Part shown: one piece after another, positions 1-13,059 of the stretch | Numbering within the stretch: position 1 is the stretch's first letter | Layout: the number at the start of each line of letters is the position of its first letter | DNA from: the human T2T-CHM13v2.0 reference genome, Homo sapiens | Reading direction: 5' to 3' (one strand) | Assembly: GCF_009914755.1 (NCBI RefSeq) | Contig: NC_060931.1 | DNA: 64,000 bases | Notes under the pieces: generated by a model | Database searches by the model: none | What the model was told of the DNA's origin: nothing | The model's input: only the letters and a program-made list of their open reading frames with translations | Made by a program: the position numbers and the translations under genes

Positions 1-949
1 TTCTAGGCTTCATTTTCCTCATGGGTATACTGGGGCTATTGATGGTACCCTATCTCGTAGGTACTATGTTAGATAAGACATAAAATGCACAGCATGGTGC
101 CTGATGTACCATGGTAGGATGTGGCAGGGGCCACTAGCGGGAAATAAGCACCATCACTTGGAGCTCCAAGAAGACAACACTAAGCTACTGTGGGGATGAA
201 CACTTAGATTCAGGGTATTCATGAGTTGACATTCAGATTGGGACTTGAAGGAGAGTGTGGCTTCCACAGTGGCTAAATAAGTATTACAGGTAGAGAATGA
301 AAACAGAGCTGTGAAAGGTAAATTCATCAAGCAATGAATTGTGTGTGGATAGCAAGATGCATGTGTGTGGGTAGAATAGTGAATGAAGAAATAAGCTGGG
401 CCAAAATATTGGATGGCTTGACTAATACACTAAGAAGTTCTTCCAGAATGCGATGCCTCCATAGTGGTCATTCTCCTAGGCCTGCTAACTAGCCAACTCC
501 CAGAATTATTAACTCCAACAGGCAAGATAATTTGGAGATACCCATGTTGGTATGCAGTAAGCATCCCAGCATATGCTTTAGGATTATTTCTACCCCTGTA
601 ATTCAGACCTACTGACAGGTCCGAACTATTGGAAGGACAGGCCCAGAAAAGTCTATTTATATGAGAAATCAGGGTACTGCCAGGGAAAATAACCACTTCA
701 GGAACTTGACTCTTGGTCAAACATGTAGCTTGAGAGAGTAGGAACAATTATAAATCCATGGGATCTCCTACTTCCGTTTCCCTTGGACCTATACCTGAGT
801 CCAATATTAGATAAAGGTCCTGTACACCAGAAATGGCAGGGAGTCCTAAGCCCATGGAATAGAACCTTTGAGGACCTCAAGGTGGAAAAGAGGACCAGTA
901 TAACCAGTGGCTGGAAGAGTGGCATGTAGTGAAGTTGAAGATTGAAGCA

Positions 950-1750
950 GAGGCCAGATGATAAAGAACATTCTAAGTCCTGAAGGATAGTCTGAATTTA
1001 TTAATATTTCTAAATAAAATGGGAAGTTACCAAGGGGAATTTAAGCAGCTGAGTGATATGACATACTTATGAGTCAGAAAGACCATACATATTTGGAGAC
1101 TGTGTTGGGTAGGAAAAGGTCTGGAAGCTGGAAACCAGTTAGGAAACTACTGTAGTAGTAAGAGCAAGAGGTTGTGATGACCTTCATTGCTACAAGGGTA
1201 GTGGAAGGAGTCATGGAGACAAGTATAGATTCAAAATGTCTTTTTAACATAGAATCACAGAGCTCAATAATGGATTAGAAAAGTAGTGAAGACAGAGAGG
1301 TTGGAGTCAAGAAAGTCTCCTAAGTTTCTGGATTCAGCAACCAGGCCAACAGTGGTAGTATTGACTGAGACAGAATACACAGGGGTGAGAAGGTGCTTTG
1401 GCTGGAAGACACAAGAGTTCTGATTTTGAGAAGTTCAAATAGGTCCTTAGGTAGGCATATGTTTATCCAAGACCTTTCAATGCCCTGGGAGTTGTCTGGA
1501 CTAGAGAGACAAAGGTGGGAGGGCTGAGCTTCCTGAAAGAGAGGAAAAAGACAGGGCTCTGGAACTAACCTCCAAGCAACTCCAAAATTTTGTGTTTGGG
1601 AGGAGAAGGCAGAGCCAGTAAAGACACTGAAAAGAAGTGCCCAATAAATTTGAATGAAAAGCAGGGGAATGTGGTACCGGAAAGTGGGGGTTGGAGAGTG
1701 CTTTCAAACAAGGGAGGGCTCAGCAGGGTCAGGTGCCACTAAAGGGCTCA
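950..1750 (-). mobile_element. L2 LINE fragments (ancient)
   Basis: Purine-rich degenerate L2-like motifs, e.g. gaaaccagttaggaaactactgtagtag and ggagtcaagaaagtctcctaagtttctgg; boundaries approximate. Confidence 0.6.
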
Positions 1751-1789
1751 CTATGGCAGGTGTGGCACTAAGCATTCTACATGCAGCAT

Positions 1790-1880
1790 CTTATTTTATC
1801 TCTGAAGTGGCAGAGCTGGGGTTGAAAACAAGGTACATCTGACTCCAAAGCCAATGCATTTTCTACTACCCTATGCTCCA
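1790..1880 (-). mobile_element. MIR fragment
   Basis: gaagtggcagagctggggttgaaaacaagg...tctgactccaaagcc matches the MIR core. Confidence 0.7.
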
Positions 1881-1940
1881 TAGGCATCCATGCCCTCATT
1901 TTGCAGATAAAATATTGAATGTCAGAGAATAAAGTGGCTA

Positions 1941-2285
<345 letters not shown>

Positions 2286-3699
2286 TCAGGTTTTCCAGCA
2301 GTGTGTTTGAAAAATTAAAATAAGCTTGATTTGCATAGGAAGCAAAAATTAATGACATTCTAAGCCTTGTGCTTTAAGGCACATTCATAGGTTTAAAAAA
2401 AATAACCATGTCACATAATAAGGCAAGGTGCACTTTGGGTGTGGTAAACTGGAACACCCAAGCAGGGACTACAGGCATGGGTTGGGTGCACCTGCACTTG
2501 GGAGGATTTATGGCAGACCACAGATAGGTACTGCTCACTGCATCAGTCAGGGCCAAAGGATTACAGGTGGAAGGGAGGTGTCAAGTAGGAAGTCTGAGAA
2601 GAGCCCAGGTCACCTACTCCCGAGTATGCATTGGAAGGGGACTCAGATGCACCTGGGTGTGGCAGTGTCCACTTCTGTTTCTGGAACCAGAGCCATGGCT
2701 GCTGCTCAGCTAGGCTGGCTCTGCTGCTCTCCTCCCTTAGCTGTCAGTTAGGCTGAGACAAAAAGCCTGTGGCCTGATACTGCTGCATGGATTGTGTTTT
2801 CTTTGACTGATTTTCTTTTGGCACAAAAGTGGCAAGAAAATGAAAATGCGCCGGAGCTTGACTGTGATGAATGGGGCAGGAGGGTGGTAGGAAGAAGGCT
2901 GGTCCAGGAGTTAAGCTGTGCCTTGAAGTACATCGATGGGCTGGGCAGGCAGTGGTGGATCACAGCTGGTAAAAGCGTGGACCCTGGTGGGTAGGCCAGC
3001 CAGCTGGCTGTCATGGCTCTCAAGGGACATCTGGAAAGTACGGGGGATCAGTCTGTGGCTTTTAGCTGGACTTGGTCTTGAAACACATGGTCTGAAGTGT
3101 TCCCTGGGAGGACTGCTAGTGGCAATCCTTGAGGGTTATGTGTTCTGTGGATCCACCTTGCTGGGAGGAGAGAGTGTCTCAGAGTACTGTTAACTTTGGC
3201 ATGGGCTTTGAGACAGGATCTTGGAAAGGTTATGCCTTATCCCAAGCACCGAAATGCCATCAAAAGTAGTTCCCAGGGGCCTTTTTAAGGGCCTGATCAT
3301 GAGCCTTAGCTGTCTTCAGAATCAGAAACAGAACACATGCTCAGACCCCCATAATTCACTACCTTGAGGGCTTGAGAGTAGATTCTTATGCCCCAGGCTG
3401 AGATCTCTTTCTGTGGAATCCCATGTGGACACATAACAAATTATCTCATCACCAATCTCTTGCCTAAGAAACTCCCTTCAAACTTCCTTTGACTTATTAA
3501 TATAGGTCAAGTAGTTTATTACCTACTGACAACAGTTCTCACGGTTCTATTCCACTGGACCTTTTACAAGCAAAATCCCAGGAAAAGACTATCCCTGTTA
3601 CCACTTTCCTGAGTTCAAAGTCTAAGTTCAAAGACTAAGTCTCATGCACTATATAAAATAGTCCCACAACTCAGATTCTACCCTTTTACCCCCTTGTTT

Positions 3700-3876
3700 T
3701 CAACGTGATACCTGACAACCATGTTATTTGGGTATTTGTGTTTATTTCTGCCTTTGTCCTGTAGAATGCAAGCTCCATGAGGTCAGTCATATTGCATCGT
3801 TCACTTAGCAGTGATAGCATATCTGACATATAGTAGTTGTTCAATGAGCACTGATTCAATCATTGAATGAATAAAA
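3700..3876 (+). mobile_element. L2 3' end
   Basis: tagaatgcaagctccatgagg...ttgaatgaataaaa, typical L2 terminus. Confidence 0.75.
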
Positions 3877-3968
3877 GTTCTGTGTGGGTTGCCATATGGG
3901 GCATAATGAGGAGACAGGTGAGCAACTGAGAGGTAAGCCTAAGAGTGTGTAAGCTGCTGAGTTTTTGA

Positions 3969-4215
3969 ATTTATATTATTTATTATATAAATATTTATAT
4001 TATATATTTATATTTATATTATATAATTAAATATTTATATTATATATTTATATTATATAATATAAATTAAATATTTATATTATATAATATAAATTAAATA
4101 TTTATGTTATATAATATAAATATTAATATATAAATATTAATATATTTATAATAATATAAATATATTAATATATAAATATTAATATATTTATAATATTATA
4201 AATATATTAATATTT
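3969..4215. repeat. AT-only low-complexity tandem/palindromic repeat
   Basis: About 245 nt almost purely A/T; perfect 42-bp palindrome at 4174-4215. Confidence 0.95.
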
Positions 4216-5560
4216 GGGCTTTCACCCTTGTGGACCCAGGCTCTAGGTATGCCCCCATGTCCAGGCCGCTTCCCTGTCCCATGCTCTTGGCTCACCCCCA
4301 TGGACCCAGGCTTCTGCCCCATCTGAGGACTCAGTCATCAGGCTCAGCCCAGTGGACCCTAGTACCAGGCCAGCCCCTTTGGGCTCAAGCTCCAGGCCTG
4401 CTCACCTGCTGACTCAGGCATCAGGCCATCCTGCCTGAAGACTCCAACAGCAAGCCTGCCCACAAGCCCCACCAGTTAGCCTACCCAGAACCTCTGCATG
4501 GGCTGACTGGTAAAAGGCTTTCCCTGGTGAAGATGGTCTGTAAAGACTGGAGGAGGCACTTACTTCTTCAGATGCATAGCCACAAGAAACATCAATAATC
4601 AGAAAAACATAACACCAACAAAGGAACAAAATGAAGTACCAGTAATCTAAAGAAATGGATATCTATGAACCTCTTGACAAAGGATTCAAACTAATTGTCT
4701 TAAAGAAGTTCAGTGAGATACAAATGAATACTGATGGAAAACCAAACAAAACTAAGAAAACAATACAGAACATAATTAGAAATTCAACAAAGAGAGACAA
4801 CCCATAAAAAAGAACAAAAAATTTCTAGAATTTAAGAGCATAATGTTTAGACTGAAAAATTTCATAAAGAGCTCAACAACAGACTAAATCAAGCAAAAGG
4901 GAGCATTAGCAAGCTCAAAGACAGGTCATTTGGGATTTCCCAAGTAGAGGAAAAAAAAAGAAAGGAGTCAAGAAAGTCTATGGAACTTACGACACACAAT
5001 CAAGGGAACCCAATATAAGCATTATGGGAGTTCTAATGGAGCAGAGAAAGAGAATGGAACAGAAAGCATATTTTAAAAATTAATAACAGAAAACTTCTCA
5101 CACCTGGAATGGGAAATAAATATCCAGATCTACTAAGTCCAAAGAACCCCAAATAGGTTAAACGTAAGGAGATCTTCACTGAGACACATTATAATTAAAT
5201 TCCCAAAAGTCAGAGTCAAAGAGAAAATTATCAAAGCAGCACAAGAGAAGCAACTTATCACATAAAAGGGAATCCTCTTCAGACTATCTACATATTTCTC
5301 AGCAGAAACCTTGCAAGCCAGGAGAAAGTGAGATGATATATAAAGTACTGAAAGAAAAAAAGAACAAAAACTGCCAATCAGGAATATTATACCCAGCAAA
5401 GCCATTCTTCAAAAATTAAGGGGAGACAAAGACTTTCGCAGACAAACAAAAGCTGAGGGAGTTCATTACCACTAGACCTACTTTACAAGAAATACTAAAG
5501 AGAGTTTGAGTTGAAAAAAATTATGCTAACAAGCTGAAAACATATGAAAATATAAAATTA

Positions 5561-5974
<414 letters not shown>

Positions 5975-6375
5975 CTATAGCTACAATAATTTGTTAATGG
6001 ATACACAATATATAAAAGGCGTAAATTTTGACATCAATAGCAAAGTGTGGAGGGAGGAGAAGTTAAAGTGTAGAGTTTTTATATGTGGTCATAATTAAGT
6101 TATTATCAGCTTAAAATTGGCTTTTATAGCTATAAGATGTTTAATGTAAGCCTCACGATAACCACAAAATAAAACAAAGACCTATAGTACATACACAAAA
6201 GATAAAGAGACAGAAATCAAATCATACTACCATGAACATTTATCAAATCACAAAAGAAGACAGCAAGAGGGAAAAATGAATAAAGGAACTATAATACTAT
6301 CAGAAAACAATAAACAAAATGTCAACATTAAGTTCTTACCTTCAGTAATTACTTCTTGTTTAATTAAAATTAAAG

Positions 6376-6670
6376 TTTTTTTTAGAGAGAGGGTCTCGCT
6401 TTGTCACCCAGGCTGTAGTGCAATGCTGTGATCATAGCTCACTGCAGCCTCAAACTCCTGGGTTCAAGCAATCCTCCCTCCTCAGCCTCTCAAGTAGCTA
6501 AGACAGCAGGTGTGCACCACCACACTTGACTAATTAAAAAAATTTTCTTTTGTGGAACTAGGGTCTTGGTGTGTTGCCCAGGTTGCTCTCAAACTCCTGG
6601 CCTCAAATGATCCTCTCATCGTGACCTCACAAAGTGCTGGGATTACAGTCATGAGCCACTGTTCCCAGAC
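6376..6670 (-). mobile_element. AluJ
   Basis: Antisense Alu with J diagnostics (gtgatcatagctcactgcagcctcaaactcctgg); gtaattactt on both sides. Confidence 0.9.
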
Positions 6671-7474
6671 CTGGTAATTACTTTTAAATGTAACTTGACA
6701 GAATGGCTGAATAGATTTTGAGAAACAAGATCTAACTATATGCTGTCTACAAGAAACTCATTTTAGCTTTAAGGAGGCACACAGGTGGAAAGAGAAAGAA
6801 TAGAAAAAGATATTTTGTGCAAATAGTAACCAAAAGGGAGCAGGAGTGGTTATATTTATATATATTTATATCTGACAAAATAGACTTAAAGTCAAAACTG
6901 TCCCAAAAGACAAAGAAGGTCGCTATATAATGATAAAAAGGTCAATTCATCAAGAAGACATAACAATTATAAATATATATGCACCCAACATCAGGGTCCC
7001 TAAATATATAAAGCTAATAGTAACAGAAAAAGAAATAGACATTTATACAATAACAGTAGGGGACTTCAATACCCCACTCTCAACAATGAATAGATTATCT
7101 GGAGAGAAAACCAGTAAGGAAACAGTGGATTTGAACAATACTGTTCAAATGTTATAGATCAAATGGATCAAACAGATATAAAAAGAATATTCCATCTATC
7201 AGGAGCAGAATACATATTCTTTTCAAATGCACATGGAACATTCTTCTGGATAAATCAAAGGATAAGGTAGGCCATGAAACAAGTCTTAACAAATTCAAGA
7301 AGACTAAAACCATTCCAAGTATCTTTTCTGACCACGATTGTATCAAACTATTAATAGAAAACAATATCATGAGGAATATTGGTAAATTAACCAATATATG
7401 GATATTAAAGAGCATGCTAGTGAACAACCAATGGGTCAAAGAATAATCAATAAATAAAGAATTTTTAAAAAAAT

Positions 7475-9317
7475 ATTCACAGAATCAGTAAAAAAACCTG
7501 TTTTGAAATTCATATGGAACCACAAAAGAGCCTGAATAGCCAAGGCAATCCTAGGCAAAAAGAACAAACCTGGCCACATTAATTTACTTGACTTCAAACT
7601 ATACTACAAGAGGCTGGGCATGGTGGCTTACACCTGTAATCCCAGCACTTTGGGAGGCCAAGGTGGGCAGATCATCTGAGGTCAGGAGTTTGAAACCAAC
7701 CTGGCAAACATGGCAAAACCCCATCTCTGCTAAAAATACAAAAATTAGCTGCACATGGTGGCAGGCACCTGTAATTGCAGCTACTTGGGAGAATGAGACA
7801 TGAGACTCACTTATACCTGGGAGGCAGAGTGAGCCGAGATCATGCCACTGCACTCCAGCCTGGGCAACAGAGTGAGACTCTGTCTTAAGAAAAAAAAAAA
7901 AAAAAGCTATACTACAAGGTTAAGTTTACAGTAACCAAAACAGCATGGTACTGATACAAAAACAGGCACATAGACCAGTGGAACAGAATAGAGTCCAGAA
8001 ATAATCCTGCACATGTACAGCCATCCAATCTTCAGCAAAGCTGACAAAAATAAGCATTGGGAGAAAGGGATCCCTATTCAGAAAAAAATGGTGCTGTCAT
8101 AACTGGCTAGCCATATGCAGAAGATTGAAAATGGACCCCAAAATTCAACTCAAGATGAACTAAAGAAGTAAATGCAAAACTTAAAACTACAAAAATCCTG
8201 AAAGAAAACCTAGGAAATACCATTCTGGACATAGGACCTGGCAAACATTTCATGATGAAGATGCCAAAAGCAATTGCAACAAAAACAAAAATTGACAAAT
8301 GGGATCTAGTTAAACTGAAGAACTTCTGCACAGAAAAAGAAATTATCAACAGAGTAAACAGACAACCTACAGAATGGGAGAAAATATATGCAAACTATGA
8401 ATCCAACAAAGGTCTTATATCCAGAATCTATAAGGATCTGAAATCAACAAGCAAAAAACAACCTCATTAAAAAGTGGACAAAGGACATGAACAGACACTT
8501 TTCAAAAGAAGATATACATGTGACCAACAAGCATCTGAAAAAATACTCAGCATCACTATTCATTAGAGAAATGCAAATCAAAACTACATTGAGATACCAT
8601 CTCACACCAGTCAGAATGGCTATTATTAAAAAAGTCAGAAAATAACAGATGCTGGTGAGGTTTCAGAGAAGAGGGAACACTTATACACTGCTGGTGGGAA
8701 TATAAATTAGTTCGGCCACGTAGAAAGCAATGTGTCAACTCCTCAAGGAACTTAAAATAGAACTACTATTTGAACCAGCAATCCCATTATTGAGTATATA
8801 ACCAAAAGAATATAAATCGTTCTACCATAAATACACATAAATGTGTATGTTCATTGCAGCACTATTCACAATAGAAAAGACATTAAATCAACCTAGATGC
8901 CCATCAGTAGTAGAGAGGATGAAGAAAATGTACATATTCATCATGGAATACTATGTAGCCATAAAAAAGAATGAAATTATGCATGACCTTTGCAGCAACA
9001 TAGATGGAGCTGGAGGCCATTATCCTAAGCAAACTAACACAGGAACAGAAAATCAAATACCACATGTGCTCACTTATAAGTAGGAGCTCAACAATAAGAG
9101 CACATGGACACCAAGGAGGGAAAATAGACATTGGGGCCTACTTGAGGGTGGAGGGTGGGAGGAGGGAGAGGATCAGAAAAAAATACCTATTGGGTACTAT
9201 GTTTATTACTGAGTGACAAAATAATCTGTACACCAAACCCCAATGACATGCAATTTAACTATATATTAATAACAAACCTGCACATGTACCCTGAACCTAA
9301 ACAAAAAATTGAAAAAA
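7475..9317 (+). mobile_element. L1PA15/16-like 3' portion inserted in the older L1
   Basis: ORF2 C-terminal peptides ([18 protein letters not shown]) and a primate L1PA 3'UTR ending acaaacctgcacatgtaccctgaacctaaa. Confidence 0.85.
7612..7905 (+). mobile_element. AluSx-like
   Basis: Dimeric Alu; TSD ctatactacaag at 7599-7610 and 7907-7918. Confidence 0.95.
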
Positions 9318-10233
9318 GAATCACAAACTATGATCAAGTGGGATTTATCCGTGGGATGCAAGGATAGTTCAACATATGCAAATAGGTAAATGTGATACAC
9401 CATATTAACAGAATGAAATAAAAAATTATTGATTATCTGAACAGACACAGAAAAAAAATTTGAAAAAATTTCAACATCTTTTTATAATAAAAAACCTCAA
9501 CACATTAGACATAAAAGAAAATCGAAATACAAAAAGCAATCTGAAAATGTGTACAAAACCACAAAGTCCTCAAATAGTAAAAACAATCTTGAACAAAAAG
9601 GACAAAACTGGAGGCATCACACAATCTGATTTCAAGATACAGTACAAAGCTATTGTAATCAACACAGTATGGTACTGTGGGCCTCAACATAATAAAAACC
9701 ACATATGATAATCTAACAGCTAATATCATTTTTAATGGCCAAAAGCTGAAAACTTTTCCCCTAGGATTGGAATTGAGATATAGCTGTCTACTCTTGTCTC
9801 TTGTATTTAATATAGTACTAGAAGCCCTAGCCAGAGCAATTAGATTTTTAAAAAATTACAGGGATCCAAATTTGGAAGAAAGAAGTAAAATTGTTTGCAA
9901 GTGACGTGATTTATATACAGAAAAATTCTAAAGATTCCACCAAAAAATCTGATTCAAACAAATAAACAAATTTAGTAAAGTTTCAGGGTACATTTGATAT
10001 GCAAAAATAAGTTGTATTTCTGTACACTAACAATTACCTATTTGAAAAAAAATAAGAAAACAATCCCATTTATGACAGCATTAAAAATTTAAAAAACCTT
10101 AAGAATAAATTTAACCAAGGAAGTGAAACATCTATACACTGAAAGTACAAAACATTGATGAAAGAAATTGATGCAAAGATATCCAATGTTTATGCACTGA
10201 AAGAATTAATATTGGTAAAATAGTCATACTACC

Positions 10234-10612
10234 TGATATGGTTTGGCTGTGTCCCCACCCAAATCTCATCTTGAATTGCAGTTCCCACAATCCCCACGTG
10301 TTGTGGGAGGGAACCAATGGGAGATAATTGACTCATGGGGGCGGTTACCCCCCATGCTGCTGTTCTCATGATAGTGAGTGAGTTCTCATGAGATCTGATG
10401 GTTTTATAAAGGGCTTTTCCCCTTTTGCTCGGCACTTCTCCTTGTTGCCACTATGTGAAGAAGGTTGTATTTGCTTCCCCTTCCACCATGATTGTAAGTT
10501 TCCTGAGGCCTCCCCAGCCCCATGGAACTGTGAGTTAATTAAATCTCTTTCCTTTATAAATTACCCAGTCTCAGGTATGTCTTTATTAGCAGTGTGAGAA
10601 TGGACTAATACA
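10234..10612 (+). mobile_element. THE1 (THE1C/D-like) solo LTR, ERVL-MaLR
   Basis: tgatatggtttggctgtgtccccacccaaatctc...ggactaataca; 5-bp TSD CTACC on both sides. Confidence 0.95.
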
Positions 10613-11258
10613 CTACCTAAAGCAATCTATAGATTTAACGCAATCCCAATGAAAATTCCAATGTCATTTTCCACAGAAATAGAAAAAACAATCCTAAAAT
10701 CTATATGAAACCGCAAAAGTCCTCAAATAGTCAAAGCAATCTCGAACAAAAAGAACAAAGCTGGAGGTATCACATAACCTGATTTCAAGATACACTACAA
10801 AGCTACTGTAATCAAAACAGTACAGCACTGTGTAAAAACAGACATATAAACCAGTGGAACAGACTAGAGAGCCCAGAATAAATCCACACCTTTATGGTCA
10901 TTTGATTTTTGGCAAAGGTGCCAAGAACACACAACGGGGAAAAGATAGTCTCTTCAATAAATGGTTTTGGAAAAACTGGATATCCACATGTAGAAGAATG
11001 AAACTGAACCCTTATCCCACACCACATACAAAAATCAACTCAAAATGAATTAAAGATTTAAATGTAAGTGCTGGAACTGTGAAACTACTGAATAAAATAT
11101 AGGGGAAAAGCTTCTTGACATTGGGCAAAGACTTTTTTGGATATGACCCCAAAAGCACAGGAAACAAAAATAGAATTAAACTACTGATATTTCATTAAGA
11201 AATCATGTTGCACACTTTAAATATATACAATTTTTGTCAATTATACCTCAATAAAGCT

Positions 11259-11260
<2 letters not shown>

Positions 11261-11307
<47 letters not shown>
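11261..11307. repeat. (CA)n microsatellite at the L1 tail
   Basis: About 23 AC units. Confidence 0.98.
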
Positions 11308-11308
<1 letters not shown>

Positions 11309-11546
11309 TTGGTATATTTGGGGTTTACCTTCCAGCACGTGAGGAAGCCACAGAAGGGCTTTAACCATTCAGGGATAGGATCCAAGTTATGTTGTAGAGT
11401 GACACTCTGGTGGCTGGGAAGAGTGAGTTGTGTTACACTCAGAAGCAGAGAGATCCCATTGTGTGGCCGTTGCAGTGGGCCCCCAAGAGCCTTCAGTGGG
11501 GGATGGTGGCTCCAACTGAGCTTGAAGGACTTCCAAAGACAGCAAA

Positions 11547-12634
11547 TGAGAGGTGAAGCCAGCTGGGCTTCTGGGTTGAGTGGGGACTTGGAGAACCTTT
11601 GTGTCTAGCTAAAGGATTGTAAACACACCAATCAGCACTCTGTCTAGCTAAAGGTTTGTAAACGCACCAATCAGCTCTCTGTCAAAACGGACCAATCAGC
11701 ACTCTGTAAAACAGACCAATCAGCTCTCTGTAAAATGGACCAATCAGCTCTCTGTAAAATGAACCAATCAGCGGGATGTGGATGGGGCCAGATAAGAGAA
11801 TAAAAGCAGGCCACCTGCGCCAACAGTGGCCACCGGCTCAGGTTCCCTTCCGGTGTCAAAGGTGTGTTCTTTCGCTTTTCAGATAAATCTTGATGCTGCT
11901 TATTCCTTGGGTCCACGCTGTCTTTATGAGCTGTAACACTCACCCAGAAGGTCTGCAGCTTCACTCGTGAAGCCAGCAAGACCACCAGCTCACCAGTAGT
12001 GATGAACTTAAGTCGGGAGGACTGAATAACTCTGGACGTGCCACTTTTATGAACTATAACACTCACTGCAAAGGTTTCCAGCTTTCACTCGTGAGTTCAG
12101 AGATACCACAAACCCACCAGAAGGAACAAACAACTCCAGACATGCTGCTTTGCTGCGTTTAAGAGCCGTAAGACTCACCGCGAAGGTCTGCGGCTTCGCT
12201 CCTGAAGTCAGCAAGAGCACGAACCCACCAGAAGGAAGAAACTCCGGACACATCATCTTTAAGAACTGTAACACTCGGCAGGGCATTGGGGCTCACGCCT
12301 GTAATCCCAGCACTCCGGGAGGCCGGGGGGGGGCGGGGGGGGGGGGGTGGATCACGAGGTCAGGAGATCGAGACCATCCTCGCTAACACAGTGAAACCCC
12401 AGATCTACTAAAAATACAAAAAATTATTTTGGGCGAGGTGGTGGGCGCTTGTAGTCCTAGCTACGGGGGAAGCTGAGGTAGGAGAATGGCGTGAACCGTG
12501 GAGGCGGACCTTGCAGTGAGCAGAGATCGCGCCGCGAGACTCCGTCTAAAAAAAAAAAATGAACACTTACCACGAGGGTACGCGGCTTCATTCTGGAAGT
12601 CAGCGAGACCGAAAGCCTACCAATTCTGGACACA
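11547..12634 (+). mobile_element. LTR12 (ERV9) solo LTR, interrupted by AluY
   Basis: Starts tgagaggtgaagccagctggg; six CCAATCAG boxes, GATA site, aataaaa TATA-like box, U5 tandem repeats; ends ggacaca; 4-bp CAAA/AAAT flanks. Confidence 0.95.
12277..12559 (+). mobile_element. AluY inside LTR12, with G-run expansion and internal deletion
   Basis: Y diagnostics gagatcgagaccatcc, gaatggcgtgaacc; G9-C-G13 at 12325-12347; aacact flanks. Confidence 0.9.
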
Positions 12635-13059
12635 AAATGGGGTGGAGGTGGCAGAGAACAATACTCGGTGAGGCTTTTGGGGGCCATTAGGTGATTCATG
12701 TGATCAAAGTGAATAGTTCCTAGATCAGGGACAGTCAAAACTTCCTAGGTACATGAAGAAGCTGTTCCTCAAACAAAATGTCACTTGGAACTGCCACATT
12801 TAAGTGAAAGGGCAGTGGCTCTCCTTGGGGCTGGGGAGGGGGGTCTACAGCCACGTCCGGCTCTTAGGCATTGTTATTCCTTCTTCCCCAACTGTGGCCT
12901 CCAAGCCACTCTTGTAGAACCCCCCAGAGCTCTGAGGGTCCCAGTGGGAGAACCTCTGATAGGAGGGAAGGAGTGAGAGAGTGCCCTGCTGCTCTTCCTC
13001 TCGCTTTGCTCCCTTAACTTGTGCTGTGCACAGCTCTTGACCTTTCTGAGAACAGACTG

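Noticed and set aside
430-930. Unique-looking stretch between L2 fragments with two short - strand ORFs
   Set aside because: No recognisable protein, repeat termini, TSD or tail; cannot be assigned without a database search
2428-3240. GC-richer segment with several overlapping 66-107 aa ORFs
   Set aside because: No recognisable domain or exon structure; ORF lengths are within chance expectation
11600-12270. Regularly spaced direct repeats resembling a CRISPR array
   Set aside because: These are the U3 CCAAT repeats and U5 repeats of LTR12; no unique spacers, no cas genes, eukaryotic context
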